Of a stretch of 64,000 nt of DNA, positions 12,812 to 26,879 are shown one piece after another. Position numbers and translations under genes: made by a program. Numbering within the stretch: the stretch's first letter is position 1; each line of letters opens with the position of its first letter. The stretch spans positions 52,019,815-52,083,814 of the forward strand of contig NC_058368.1 in the NCBI RefSeq assembly GCF_018350175.1, given 5' to 3'. Below the pieces are notes generated by a model, which saw only the letters and a list, made by a program, of their open reading frames with translations, was not told the origin of the DNA and made no database searches. Source of the stretch: Felis catus. Taxonomy: Eukaryota.

Positions 12812-14369
12812 GCCCACACACACATACTCATGTGCAAGGGAGAGGAATGGGGAAAGTTAAAATTAGATTGGGATTTGTGGGAAGTGATGTTTTTTTCTCA
12901 ATCGTCATTGAGAGGGACTAACGGTCTCTGTGGGATACCAGTCCCAGTGGGACTGGATGCCTGGGAATTCAGAGGGGACCCTTGAACCAAATCAGAGAGA
13001 GCCAGTAGTAAGTAGGCAACTGGAGCGTTGGTGTCCAAGGCAAGAGAGTTTAGGGAAGAATTTGGAGGATCTAAATGATGCCGGAATTAGCTGTCTCTTG
13101 GATTCTTTCTCAACTCTCAGGCTTCCAGCTATGGAACCTTTTCAGGTACTTGGTGAAACTGAAATCTCTTTTTGAATTTGGTAGAGCTGGTATTCTGTGT
13201 GAACTTAAAAGACAGCCACAGTTGAGCAGGTGCCAAGTTGAATCCTGTAGTCATAACCCAGAGGAGACTCATTGCTGCTGTGCATGGGTAGAAGTAGAAA
13301 AACTCCAGTGGAGCAGAGGTTTGTACTTCTTGAGTATTTGAACTCACGCATGATATAGTCTGCTAAGAACATTGACGTAACTGGAGTCTGCCTTTAGGAT
13401 TTATGCGCTTCTTTTGGGCTCTGTGATTCATAGTCACATTTTAGGTGACTATGGCCATCGGTATGTAAATTATACAAACATCTGCTATAAGCACATAATG
13501 TACACACATATATATATATGTATAAGTATACATATTGAATATACATACATACATATATATAAGTATTTAAGTTACATTTCCCACTTATATTTGCAATGAA
13601 GAGTCTAGTAATAAAGAGGTTAAAAACATGTTTTTTTAAATGAAAATAGTTATATAAACTGAATTAAAGTTTTACAATTTTTCTAAAATTGAATAAAAAG
13701 GAAATTAAAGTCCACAAAATACCATGGAGATGAATTCTGATTCTCATTGAGCTTTTCTGTTTTGGCTCAAAAGAATCTGAATAATATCCTGTTATAACAG
13801 GGGATTGAAATGAATGTCTGAAATGAAGCAGGTAAATGATTTTGGCTCAAGTATACTTATGGTGGCTAGACAAAATATGAACTTCTATAGCCTAAAGCTT
13901 AAAGCGTGGCCCTCTTAATATTAAACATATAACTCTACTAATTTCATCCAAAATCAGAATACACTGAAACTTGATAGGAAAAAGATACAAATCATTTTAT
14001 AGTGAAGGGGATGTTGCAAGGAAACTTGTGTTTTACCTCATTTTCAGCAACGTTGCTCACTGAGTCACTGCCATGAGCAGATTGTTGTTAATTTTTCTAA
14101 TATCATTCTTATTTTTATATTTTGTTTTGATAAAGATGAGTCAAACAGGTTACAACTTTATTTCTTTGAATGAGGTTGCTATGACAGCATAATCATAATA
14201 GAATACTGACCCTTAAACCAATGACACTGATATTTCTCGTTGCGTATGACAAATTTCCATTAATTACTGGTGGAAGGATGGATTTAAAGTCATGATGTTG
14301 TAAAAGCAGCTCATGTAAAATTTGTAGTTGGTCAAAATACTTAAAAAATTTTTTGGAAGTATGATTTTA

Positions 14370-14600
14370 GAAAATGTTTTTTTTTTAATTTTTTTTTCAA
14401 CGTTTATTTATTTTGGGGACAGAGAGAGACAGAGCATGAACGGGGGAGGGGCAGAGAGAGAGGGAGACACAGAATCAGAAACAGGCTCCAGGCTCCGAGC
14501 CATCAGCCCAGAGCCCGATGCGGGGCTCGAACTCATAGACCGCGAGATCGTGACCTGGCTGAAGTCGGACGCTTAACCGACTGCGCCACCCAGGCGCCCC
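14370..14600 (-). mobile_element. Can-SINE, young felid subfamily
   Basis: Perfect 16-bp TSD tggaagtatgatttta at 14354-14369 and 14601-14616. Confidence 0.95.
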
Positions 14601-16425
14601 TGGAAGTATGATTTTAAAACCTTTCCATGTGAGTTTACATGTTTATCTTTCTTAGGAGGCTGTATGTGGATAGTTCCTCTGTCTCTTTTCATTCAGAATA
14701 TTGATAGTTCTTTGTGGGAATTTTTCTTTTACAAATATTGGAAAGTCACACTCTTAAGGATCCATATATGAAATTTATATGAACCTCCATTACATACTTA
14801 CTTTTAGATTGTTTAGTATTTGTCCCCTATGCTATAAATATCTGCTAAATATGTTCCATATGAAAAATTTCCTCTAATTTAGGACCCATGAAGGCTTTTT
14901 CCTTCCTGGTAAAATCTTTTTGTTCCCTGATATTGAAAAATGATATTTCAACGTGGTAACTAGCTCATAACCAATTGTACCCATTTCACTGAAAAGATAC
15001 AGATCTAGATTGATTTTTTGTTCATATTTTACAGATTTTTAAAATGTAATCTTACTTCTAAATTATCAACTTTTTGAACTTACTTTCTTTGTTGTGGACT
15101 ACCTCAAATCCCGTGTAGAAATGAAATCAGTGTTAAGTAGACTGTCCATGACTTTTTAGGGTCCATGAGAGGGCATAAATGGGTCACACCGAATTTTTGA
15201 CCAAAGCTGGCCAAGTCATAGTACGGTTCTAGTGCTTGTACAGATAAAAAATAAATAAATAAATAAGGAATAAGGCCTTTTAATGTTTACTGTCCTCAAA
15301 GAAGTTTTTAGGATAACCAGGCTGGGCTGGGCCACAGTTTTTCAAAAATTTTCTGTCACAAGGAAATTCAATTAACCCTTCTATGCTAATTATTGTATTC
15401 TTTCTATGTGACCGTGGAGCCTTATTGCAAGGAATTTTCAGAGACAATACTACACCCAAAGTATGATGCCAACATAAAAATCTGTAGTACTCTGAAGACT
15501 AATAAATGGGATATTTTAGAATTCAGGGACTTTGTTTTACTTCTCAAGTTATCTCCATAGGCAGTTTTCTCTCAGATCCTTTATTTCAAGACTTAATTAA
15601 ATGGGTCTTCAGAAGTCCATAACCATGCATATGATTCCTGTCTGTGGCAAAACAAATGAATTTTGTGTGGTGGCAGAAATAAATCTCTGTAAGTCTAATT
15701 CTCATCTGAGTGGGTTTTAATGTCTTTAACTTTTGCTGGGTCCTCTTTGCTATTTGAAAGGTTTTCTATGCAGTCTCCTGGAGTCAAGGTGAATGTTTGG
15801 GAAGCTAGTCCAAAAGTGGTTCGCAACAGCTCCAAATCCACTGGGAGAGATTGGAGGGCATGATCAGTGAAGGAAGAGAAAAACTTCGGAGAAACTAACT
15901 GTCTATATGCTGCTCAGTCTCCTGTAACAGTGAGTACTCAGAAGAGCCAGCTTCTGAAAAAGGAGAGTGATGTTATCTCCCAGGCAAACTTGAAAAGAGA
16001 ATAAACAATGCATTCCACTCAGTTAAAGTACGTCACACTGCTGATTTCTTGCATGTAAGAGTTTACCAAAGAAAATCTGGAACCACTAAATGCTACTTGC
16101 TCAACCAGTACCCTGTAACCATAACATTCAGCTCCTTGAAAGAAAGAAAGAAGCAAGATGAGGAATATTTTGAAGTATCCAAAGTCCCTCTAAATAGCAG
16201 ATGCACCAGTCAGTCATGAAGAAGGTCCATGATGTCTGTCGGTCTTTGTCTATAACTCAGTTTTAAATTTTATAAGCTTGATGATGCTATGTGGTTTTTT
16301 TTTTTCAGTTGTATGAGAGAGGAGTTAAACTGAACTGCCTTAATATCAGTGATGTCGTATTTTATCAAAGTCTCCTAGGATATAACAAAAACCCTAGGAG
16401 AGTGAGCACTATATTAAAAAAAATT

Positions 16426-16650
16426 GGGGCACCTGGGTGGCTCAGTCAGTTAAGCATCCGACTTTGGCTCAGGTCATGATCTCACGGTTCATGGGTTTGA
16501 GCCCCGCATTGGGCTCTGTGCTGACAACTCAGAGCCTAGAGCCTGCTTCATATTCTGTGTCTCCCTCTCTCTCTGTCCCTCCCCTGCTTGCGTTCTGCCT
16601 CTTTCTCTCACTCTCTCTCTCTCTCTCTCAAAAATAAACATTAAAAAAAT
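16426..16650 (+). mobile_element. Can-SINE
   Basis: ggggcacctgggtggctcagtcagttaagc head, (CT)n, aaaataaacattaaaaaaa tail. Confidence 0.93.
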
Positions 16651-17535
16651 ATAAATCAAAGGCAGATGCTTCCAGACTAGTTAGGTTGACTTCATAGAGT
16701 ACTTAGCAAATGAGAAGTTTTGGGGAAAGTGTACTTGAAAGTCCTGTGGATGCATGGTTCCATGTGGTTATCTTGTTCCCCAGGAAACCATCAAGCATTT
16801 GCTCTGTTGTTTCAGAATTTAAAGATCCTTTTGATGGCAGGACACTACACACTGACACTTCAATGGAAGGCAGAATTCTGTTAATGCCTGCAAAGGAGAG
16901 AAGGCTCCTAGGCATGGCCATATAAAGGATTCTCCCCGAGGACAGGGTACTAGCTAGCTGGAGCTGTAGAGGGTACCTTATTGTGGCAATGGGGTGGGAT
17001 TATCTAGGTTTCTGGGCTCCCTGTGGCTATGCTAATTTGAATGGTTTCAGGTCCAGGCTTATAGGGGTTGTTCCTATCTGGTGAGTACCTACCTGGCCCT
17101 GGGGTTGATTAGGGCTCTTAAAGGAGCCCAGAGTCTGAGAGCTCAATAAGGGCAGTAGTTTGGAGTATGAAATTAATCAGCTGTTCAAGAAGAGGAACTG
17201 GCCTCTAACTAGTCAGAACCTCAAAACTAGGTCAAGACAACATGTAAAGAATACAGCAACACTATCACATCTGTGCTTAGTATTGTATATAGGTGTGTGA
17301 GAAGGTGCACTACTGTTAAGGTCTGGAATGGAAGAACTGATTTCTGGCAGGACCAGATTCCGGTTTATACACAAGTGTTCTGCAAGGTGCACGATAAAGA
17401 GAAAATAAGGTATCAAAATTACTTCAGATTCTGGTTCAAAAATCCTGTATGCGTTTCTGCAGGCTATATCTCTCTATAGACTTTACTAATTCCCTGTGAA
17501 TGTCTACTTCTTTCTTTAAAAACAACTGTATTGAG

Positions 17536-17822
17536 GGAGGCCTGGGTGGTTCAGTTGGTTAAGCCTCCGACTTAGGCTCAGGTCATGATCTTACGGTGCA
17601 TGAGTTCTAGCCCTGCATGGGGCTCTGTGCCGATAGCTCAGAGCCGGAAGCCTGCTTTAGGTTCTGTGTCTCCTTCTCTCTCTGCTCCTTCCCCGCTCAT
17701 GCTTGGTTTCTGTCTCTCAAAAATAAATAAACGTTAAAAAAAAATTAAAAAAAAAAAAAAAAAGAAAAACCCACCCAGTCTGTGGTATTTAAAAAATAAA
17801 TAAATAAACATTAAAAAAATAA
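17536..17822 (+). mobile_element. Can-SINE with composite tail
   Basis: 18-bp TSD aaaaacaactgtattgag at 17518-17535 and 17823-17840. Confidence 0.93.
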
Positions 17823-18540
17823 AAAAACAACTGTATTGAGATACAATTTACATATCATAAATTTTATCTGATTTAAGTATATAATTCTATGATTTTTAGT
17901 AAATTTACAGAATTTTGCAACTGTTGCCACAATCCATTTTTAGAACATTCCCACTATCCTGGAGAGATTCCTGAGGCCACTTGTCATCAGATTTCTTTTC
18001 CAGACCCAGTCCTAGATGACTGTTAATCTCCTTTTTGTCTGTACAGGTTTGCCTTTTCTGGACATTTCATATAAATGAAATTATACATTAAGTAGTCTTT
18101 TACATTTGGATTTTGTGTCTAGCTTTGATTTAGCATAATGTTTTCATCTATGGTGTAGCATATATCAGTATTTTGTTCCCTTTTCATTGATGAATAAAAT
18201 TCCATTGGATGGATATACCATATTTTATTTATTCATTCATCAGCTGGTGCACAGCTGGGTTATTTCCATTGTGAGGATATTATGAACAAGGCAGCTATAA
18301 ACGTTTGTATAGAAATCTTTATGTGAACATATGTGTTCATTTCTTTTAGATACATACCTAAGAGTAGAAGTACCTGGTCATATAATACATTACTATTCAA
18401 CTTTTTAAGAAATTGTCAAAGTATTTTCCAAAGCGGCTACACCATTTTATGTTCCCACTAGCAGTCTATGAGAGTTCTAATTTTTCTACATCGTCACCGA
18501 CATTTGTGATTGTCTTTGTGATTATATCCATTCTAGTGCT
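17823..18540 (-). mobile_element. L1MB-like 3' fragment
   Basis: ttgagatacaatttacatatcataa, ttttctggacatttcatataaatg, ttccaaagcggctacaccatttta. Confidence 0.8.
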
Positions 18541-20689
18541 GTGTGTGAACATTTACTTCTCACCATTGATTTGGTAGCATGTTTATAATATGTCTTTACT
18601 GTAGAAAGTCAATTCTATTCCCTGAACTAAGAAGACTATCTTCTGTCTTGGAGCTTGTTCACCGACCTCAAGGGAAGCCATTTGGTTCTGGGAGATGGGA
18701 GAGTACCTGTGCACTCTTCTTGCGGGGTTCCACCACATGTGAGGAACATTTCCCTATTGATTACCTGGGTCTAACCAGAAGCTCATGAAAAGGTCCTATG
18801 ATAGAGGGAAGAAAAGTGCCTACTTCAAGCTTCATCTTTGACAAGGATGCAATGGTGACAAATACCTTAGAATTAATTACTGTTGCCTTGCTGTCCTTAG
18901 TTAATTGGCAGCATGTGGCAGAAATACTTGGGAGGGATAGATGGTAGACCTAGACAAGATTTGTTGTGTTTCAAAATGGGGAAAGAAGTTGGTGTAATGA
19001 AGTTTAAATTGAGAGTCGGAATGAAGATCTGTATTCATATTAGATCACTACTCGCTGGACTCTTGAACGTGTTCTGGGATTTAGTTGCCTTATTTGTACA
19101 AGGTGAATGGTAAAATAATCCGGGGATTTCGTATTTGTGTTGTTGACGAGCTTTCCTACCTAGAAGCCCAATATGTTAATCAGAAGTAGGAACATTTGCT
19201 GTGTTTGAAATGGAGTGAGACACCAAACTCCTAAGGTTTTGCTTTCTCCTGGTGTAGTGCCATCAGAGATCCCTAGGAATCCACCGTAAGGAAATCATTG
19301 ACTTTATCATCTGTAAAATCCCCACTTAGCAACTAGGAATCTATCAGGAATCTAGCTTTCCGATTTTAGGAAAAGTTTTCTTCTGTTGTGTTGTATGGAC
19401 TTTGCCACCATGAGCAAACAGTTGGCATTAGGGAAGCTCAAAACAACTCATTTGTATTCTACATAGAATTCATAAGCTCAAAACAACTTGTTAATAATAT
19501 TTTGCATGAAATTCAAAGAACATAATGCTACTAATAATCCAGACTATTTTGTAAGGCAGAAATTGTTCCAAAAAAAGGTTGAGAGAATTTTACCCAATTT
19601 GACTCAAAGGGTTAGAATAGAAATGCTTACAGTTTTTGCAATGAAATCTCTTGGGAGGAACCATTCTTAACATTTCATTCTCATAATGAGTGGGCTTCTG
19701 TCATAAATTTACCAAACTAGTTTTGATAGCTAGTACACACCCATTACTGAACCAGGTCCTGGGGAATCTATTTAATTGATACATGATTTTCTTTATATAG
19801 GGTACATGGTCTCAGAAGAATATCTGGTGCGATTTATTGGAAGAGGTCTAGCTTTTGTTAACAGTACTTTTAGGTTTTTAGAATTATGATAATCTCCTTT
19901 ATTTGCATGATGAAATCAGCTACCTGTTGGCACTCAGCTACCTTGGGAACATTCTTTGGGAACCCAGAGCATCTGATAATGTCACAGCTAAGGTAAGAAT
20001 AAGAGGTGATTTGCTCTCCCTTATGGGCAAATGGGTATGATTAAATGGAAAGATGTTGAGATTAAGAAAAAAAGTGAACAAACAGAAAACATGGTAAACA
20101 AAGGATTTTATATGTGCTGGGAAATTGTCTTAAGTAAAATGTTCAGTCTCAAGAGAGAATTTAACTGTTCTTCCCATTAGTGCAGTTTGATTATGTTTGG
20201 TGTACTAAAGTCCAAAAAATGTTAGAATGGCATTTTTACCCGAAGGTACATTTTTATTTTCTTTTTAAGAGAAAGGGAGACTTAGTCTGAATTCTCTTTA
20301 CTGTCTTCCGTATTTCCACCCTCCTCTCTTGTGCCTCAAGCTTTGTCAGGTATCTAGAAACAGTAGGGAATTCAAATAGCATTGCAAGGCTCAATAAAAT
20401 GTATATTTTATCCAATGAAATGTATACAAAACTTGTGTGACTTGTGTGTCCCTGTTTCTATCTTTATATATTGGAATAATAAACTTTTCTAAGCTCACAC
20501 ACCTTATAAAGATGCCATTATTATTTTTTTAATTACTTGCAGAAAAGACTAATTTAGGTAGAGCCTATTATTATTACCTTTAAGTTATCTTGCTCATTTC
20601 TGAGGTAACTAACTTCTTGGATCTGAAGTTATCTCATGGCTTAGACCAGCAATAAAAAGACAGCTATGTTTTTTTCGGTAGGCAGTTTT

Positions 20690-20894
20690 TTAATAATTTT
20701 TTTAATGTTTATTTTTGATAGAGAGAGAACGTTGAGCAGGTGAGGGACAGAGAGAGGGAGATGGAGAATCTGAAGCAGGCTCTGTGTTGACAGCAGTGAG
20801 CTCCATGTGGGACTCCACTCAGGAGCTCAGACACCGTGAGATCATGACCTGAGCGGAAGTCAGATGCTAACCTACTGAACCACCCCGGTGCCCC
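20690..20894 (-). mobile_element. Can-SINE (older)
   Basis: Diverged body; TSD taggcagtttt. Confidence 0.9.
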
Positions 20895-21686
20895 TCAATA
20901 GGCAGTTTTAAAGTTGAAATTGTGGAATGTTAAGGAAGGAAACATACACATGTTTACTTGTCCCACTGCAAATATCACCAGGAAAAAAAATACCTTGCCT
21001 CCTATCTCTGAGTTGTTATCTTATACCTCTCAAAGGGACCTGGTCGATTATCCATAATCCAGTGTCTAAACTGCCAACAGTAAGGTCCACTCTCATCATT
21101 TCGCACTTCTTTGAGGCACTTTAAAATGTAGAATTGTTTTCACTATACAGTTGTTGCCTTCTTTATTTTTTAATTTAAAGAAACTAGAAGAACATGACAT
21201 ACCATTTGGATGTCACTTCATGTCTTTTTTAGGAACACAGGTTGTAGAAAATATGTTCATTAATCTAAGTAATTACCAGCAACAGCAGTCCCAAAGCAGG
21301 AACTGAGTGATCTACTAGAAAGAACACAGGACAAGGACTCAAGACTCCTGAGCTTTCATTCTGGCTCTATAGCCAACCAGTCACATGATTCGGGCAACAA
21401 TACTCAACAATTGTCCTGGAACCCAAAAGGTACACTATAAATACTTGGTGAGTGGATGGATGAACTCAGCCACCATATTCAAGACACTGTTGTAATTGTT
21501 ACATGTCCACCATATTCAAGACACTGTTGTAGTTGTTAGGGTTACAGTAGTAAAGCAAAGATTTATAGTCCCTACTCTTATAGAGCAGGGATTCTGACTA
21601 AAGATAGACAACAAAACAAGTGAATCTATGGTGTGGCAGATCTGGTAACCATTGCTATGGAGAATAATAAAGCAGAGAAAGGAGGT

Positions 21687-21997
21687 GACGTAGATTGAAT
21701 TTATGGTTTATGGTTCCTGCAAATTCCTGTGTTGAAACAATCTCCAAAGTGATGGTCTTTGGAGGTGAGGCTTTGGGAGGTGATCAGGTCATGAGGGTAG
21801 AGCCCTCATAACTGGGGTTAGTTCCCTTTTAAAAGAGGTCCAGAGAGCTCCCTCACCTCTTTTGCCATGTGAGGAGACAGGGAAAGATAGCTGTTTATGT
21901 ACAGGGAGGAAGCTCTCACTAGACATTGAGAAATAAATTAATGTTTTTTATAAGCTACCCAGTCTATGGTTCTATTAGAGCAGCCCCAACTAAAACA
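21687..21997 (+). mobile_element. MLT1-type (MaLR) solo LTR
   Basis: tttggaggtgaggctttgggaggtgatcaggtcatgagggtagagccctcat...aataaatt...taagctacccagtctatggt. Confidence 0.8.
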
Positions 21998-22160
21998 GGG
22001 GAATAGGAAATACCAGGCAAGGAATAGTTACTGTATCATATACGGTGGTCTGGAAAAGTTGACATTTGAGTAGATGCCTCAAGGAAGTGAGAAAGAACAC
22101 TGAGTCAGAGAGAACAGGTACATAGGCCCTGGGCAGGAGTGTTAATGGTAGGTTCAAAGG

Positions 22161-22778
22161 ATTTGTATTTCCCTGATGATGAGTAATGTTGAGCATCTTT
22201 TCATGGGTTTGTTCACCATCGAGATATCTTCTTGGAAAAGCATGTATTCATGTATTCTGCCCATTTCTTAACTGGGTTGTTTGTTTTTTGGATGTTGAGT
22301 TTGAGAAGTTCTTTATAGAGTTTGGATACTAACCCTTTATCAGATATGCCATTTATAATTATCTTCTCCCATTCTATAAGCTGCTTTTTAGTTTTGTTGA
22401 TTGTTTCCTTTGCTGTGAGGAAGGCTTTTATCTTGATGAAGTCCCAATAGTTCATGTTTGCTTTTGTTTCCCTTGCCTTTGGCAACATGTCTAGTAAGAA
22501 GTTGCTCTGGCCAAGGTCAAAGAGGGTTCTGCCTATACTCTCTAGGATTTTCATGGTTTCTTGTCTCAAATTTAGGTCTTAATGATAGCGAACAAACTGA
22601 GGGTTGGTGGAGGGAGGTGGGTGAGAGATGGGCTAGATGGGCGATGGGTATTAAAGAGGACACTTACGATGGGCACTAGGTGTTGTATGTAAGTGATAAG
22701 TCACTGAATTCTATTCCTGAAACCAATATTACACTGTATGTTAGCTAACTAAAATTTAAATTAAAAACATTTAAAAAG
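22161..22778. mobile_element. Carnivore L1 with 5' inversion (antisense ORF2 piece 22161-~22578, sense 3'UTR ~22579-22778)
   Basis: ORF 22213..22569(-) is L1 ORF2-like (NYWDFIKIKAFLTAKETINKTKKQLIEWEKI), followed immediately by an L1 3'UTR and A-tail in the opposite orientation. Confidence 0.85.
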
Positions 22779-22779
22779 A

Positions 22780-23830
22780 AGAGTAAGGACATCAATGTGG
22801 CTGCTGTGCAGAGTGAGGAGAGAGGAGGGAATTGGGAATGTGTCAGTAGCAAGATGTAATACCTGTAGGACAGAAAATTGACTTTCAGGTTTAATGATAT
22901 GGTGGTATTGGACTACCTTAATGGGAGTGGTTTCAGTGAGGTACTGGGGAATAAAAATTCTAGTCTGGCTTTAGTCTGAACTAGATAAAAATCTTTTGGG
23001 GTTGGGAGCAAAGCTAAGCAGAGAAGAATGGCCTATCTGATTTATCCCAAGAAGAGGTTCTGAGGAAATAAGGACAGAAGCAGACAGGTTATTACAGTGA
23101 TGCAGGGGAGAGATGATAATGGTTTAGACCATGACAGTGGCATTGGATATGGAGAGAAGTGCTCAGATTCTACATGTATCTTGAAGGCAGTGGAATTTGC
23201 TAACGTGTTAGAAGTTGATTGTGCAAGAGAGAGAACGCAATGGTGGCTTCAAGATTTTTGTTGTGAGCAACTGAAAGAACGGAGTTTGTCATTAACTGAC
23301 GTGGGGAAGCTTTGGGAAAGGCAGGGTTTGGAGTAGAGGCGGCAATATCAGAACTTTAGTTTTGTTTATGCTAATCTGAAGACAGCCACTAAACATCCAA
23401 GTGGACTTATCAAGTAGGAAGCTGCCTATACAAATCTGAAGTTCATACAAGAAGTCGAGACAAGCAATGTAACTTTGGCAGGCATCAGCATACAGAGAAA
23501 ATTTAAAGCCACGAGACTAGATGGCATTATTTCAGGAGTGAGTATAGAGAGATGAGATAAGAGGCCTGAGCACTGAGCCCTAGGGTACTCCAATGTTTAG
23601 GGTTTGGGAAGATGGAGGGCATCCAACAAAGGGAGCTAAGGAGAGGAAGAGGGAATAATAGCCCCCAAACCAAGAGAGGACAGTGTTTCATGACGAAAGG
23701 AACGATCATATGTGTCAAATACTGTTGACAGATTTAGAAAGGACACAACACTGTTAGATTTAACAACATGGTAGCCATGGGTAAACTTGATAAGGCTGGA
23801 TTTAGTGGAGTGCTGAAGTGAAACATTCCA
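22780..23830. mobile_element. L2 fragments
   Basis: Purine-rich L2-type motifs (ggagaagtgctcagattctacatgtatcttgaagg, gcactgagccctagggtactccaatgtttag, tgtgtcaaatactgttga); boundaries approximate. Confidence 0.6.
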
Positions 23831-24954
23831 ACTAACTGCTGGATACTGTACATATGGCATTATCTATAGGGCAGTGTGTTTTTTTTTTGTTTGTTTGTTT
23901 TTTTTACCTTCTTTCAGTTATGCAGTAATGACTGTAACATGGTATTTATTTGCACTTCAGGGGCTCATCATGACACCAGGAGCCACAACCGTAGGCAATT
24001 ATGTGGTGATATAATAGAAATATTTACAACGTGCAATAGAACCATTGATGTTTGGTTTGTTTATTGTATTATTGTGGACATACTGGTTTTTAATATATTT
24101 GATGGGCTTTGATCCAATACAGTCATTTTTATTGTTCAAATGGCACGTCTTCGGTTGGTGGGAACCCCTTCAAGGTGGCTCCTGAGTCTTCGGTGATTTC
24201 CTTGCACTCTGGTATTACAAGAAATACCAGACTCCCCTTGTATATATCCTGCTTCAGAGCTGAGGTCATCCATTTCTCCAACGAGCGTCTGCTCTTTCCA
24301 GTGGCTGATAGTAGTTAGAAATTATAATGTGGGCACTTGAGTCCATCTTGCTACCATACTTGCTCATTTTTTTCCAAGGCATTTTTAGTGGAAAGAACTA
24401 GAAAATACATATTTTAAGAGAAAATACATTGTGGGTTCATAACGATATTTCTAATTTAATATAGGATTATGTAGTTTCTACTTAACTTCTTTGATTTAAT
24501 ATCTATATCTGTTTTTTCACCAGAAAAAAAAATCATGGTTTCTAATGACATTGACATTAGGTTACAAGGCATTCAAATTGCAAAGTGAGGCTGAAAGGCC
24601 CTTCTTTCTATAGATCACTGTGGGGCTGAAGTGATCTGAGGACTCTAGGGTGCACAGTACTGTTTGGCATGTCAAATGAGACACCCGTTGGAAGATGGAC
24701 AGTAAGAATTTTGAATGACACCTATCAAGGTTAGTGTAGGTTGTTTATATTATTTGGAGCTAAATGTGTTCTTATGCAAGTTTCATTCGGAAATTCATGG
24801 ATTGTATCAGAAGGAAGGGACGTACTCTGAATTAATGGAAAGAAGGGAAATTTTGCTGCTTATCAAATACTAGGGATTTAAAGGAAATTCATGTTTTTCA
24901 GTGTTTTCTTATCCAGGGCTGGGTTTTACGGAGTTGGAGGTATGGATTCTGTTT

Positions 24955-24993
24955 GTATGTGCATGTGTGTACATGTGTGTATGTGTGCATGTA

Positions 24994-25030
<37 letters not shown>
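24955..25030. repeat. (TG)n microsatellite
   Basis: Directly visible. Confidence 0.93.
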
Positions 25031-25216
25031 TGAGGTAGAAGCAGGATGGTATAGGGGATTTAAAAAATTCCTCTCAGTGCTCAATCTACAAGCATCACAG
25101 TTTAAAAGGTAAGATTACATGTGGCCCCTGGCTGGAGGTGGTAGTTAATAGCTTTGTAAGACCAGCTTATTAATATTAGCACATAGGATGGAAGGGACAT
25201 ATTTATTCATATCCAC

Positions 25217-25438
25217 TTTTTTTTTAGGTTTATTTATTAATATTGAGAGAGAGAGAGAGAGAGAGTGAGCACATGAGCAGGGGAAGGGCAGAGAGAGAAG
25301 AACAGACTGAATCCCAAGCAGGCTCTGCACCGTCACCCCAGAGCCTCATGTGGGGCTTGAACTCATGAACGGTGAGATCATGACCTGAGCTGAAATCAAG
25401 AGTCAGAAGCTTAACCTACTGAGCCACCCAGGCGCCCC
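25217..25438 (-). mobile_element. Can-SINE
   Basis: Consensus body; TSD ttca(t/c)atccactttt. Confidence 0.93.
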
Positions 25439-26879
25439 TCTTCACATCCACTTTTTATCAGGTCCCTTTGCACACCACATATTTGTTACCGACCTCTAAA
25501 GAGGAAGAAAAGCAGGCCGTATCCTGATTTTGTTTTCCCCTTTTGATTTGATGGTCTTACTACGTGTGGTCTTACTGCTTACCCCTAATTTTGGCACAGC
25601 TGGTTTCTTGGGAATCACAGTATTTGGAAAAAGATAAACTAGAAATCCTTTTGACTAATTCGTAACTCTTTCGAGTTGAAGGTTGTGGCCAGATCACTTC
25701 ATGGAAGTGCTTTTGAAGAGATTCTGCAGTTTGGGGTGAACATTAGGGATAAGAAAAACAGGCCATTTCTCTTGCTGTCCTTAAGTGGTCAGTTGTATTA
25801 GAGGAAAGTTATAACGCACAGTGATGAGTTCTCTGGATTAACACCAGCCTAATTAATTTGTTTCCAACTGCTGTTGTGAGCTAAATAGCTTATAATTCGT
25901 TTTGGATGTACTGGGGTTTATCTGAATTTATTATTCTATTTGACCTATTGACACTGATTTACATCAGACTGAAAACGGAAAGCTGACATCCAAAAAATAA
26001 TTTCTCAAGCAGTAGTCTTGGAAACAAACTAATGCTTCCCTCTAAAGTGATTTCTTGGCTCACACTTTTCTTGGTGAAGGCAAACTCAAAATGTTTTGTT
26101 AGACAGAGTACATGTCTGTTCGACAATATCTGTCTGGATAGTAGGCAAACGACGTTTACAGAAGAAAATAGAAAAATAAATCTAATTTCATTATACTATC
26201 AGTCACTTTCCTTTTCCCTAAAAGAAAGGCCACTTATCCATCTAGGTGATCTGAGTTCAGGTCACGTTGCTCTATTTATGACGAGTAAGACGTGGTGTTT
26301 CCCTACACCACTGAGTTCAGAATACGCTCCGGGCTTGAGGAAAGATGAAGAAGTACACTACTGGAAAATCTCATCTCATCGCTCTCACTGACTGTAATCT
26401 ATGGATAAAAGAAAAGAAATCAATTCAGGAAAGAATTATAAAACCACGCAATTTGTTAGAGGGAAAATTTTTTTGAAAGCTTCCAGATAGTTGGATTATT
26501 TATCCAGAACAAGAGAAAACTTAAGGCTGAAAGAACAATTGCTTAAAATTATTTTAGAGAGTATTTCTTATAGATGTTTCACTCATTCAATAGACATTAC
26601 TTGGCCACGTGTGCCAAGCCTACAATGGTGAATAAGGTAGACGAGGACCCTGGCCTGAAAAAGTTTTGCCTGGGAGAGCCTCCCACCCCCAAATCAAGTA
26701 AGGAATGAATAAATCACAAATTGTGATAAGGGCTGTGAAGGAAGCATGCAAAGGGCTCAGATAGAAAATAAGAGAAAGAGTCCAATAGGAGAGTCCTTTT
26801 TTTCAGTCTCAGCTTAAAATGTCCCCTTTAGAATGGGATATCACCTTTAGAGGAGATAACATTTAAACCGGGATCTGAA

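Noticed and set aside
10840..17220. Possible ancient LTR remnants at ~10.8-11.7, 12.3-13.4, 15.8-16.2 and 16.8-17.2 kb
   Set aside because: The composition is suggestive, but I could not fix termini, TSDs or family by eye; this needs RepeatMasker.
21470..21538. CRISPR-like 32-bp repeat
   Set aside because: Only two copies, a 5-nt spacer, a mammalian context and no cas genes.
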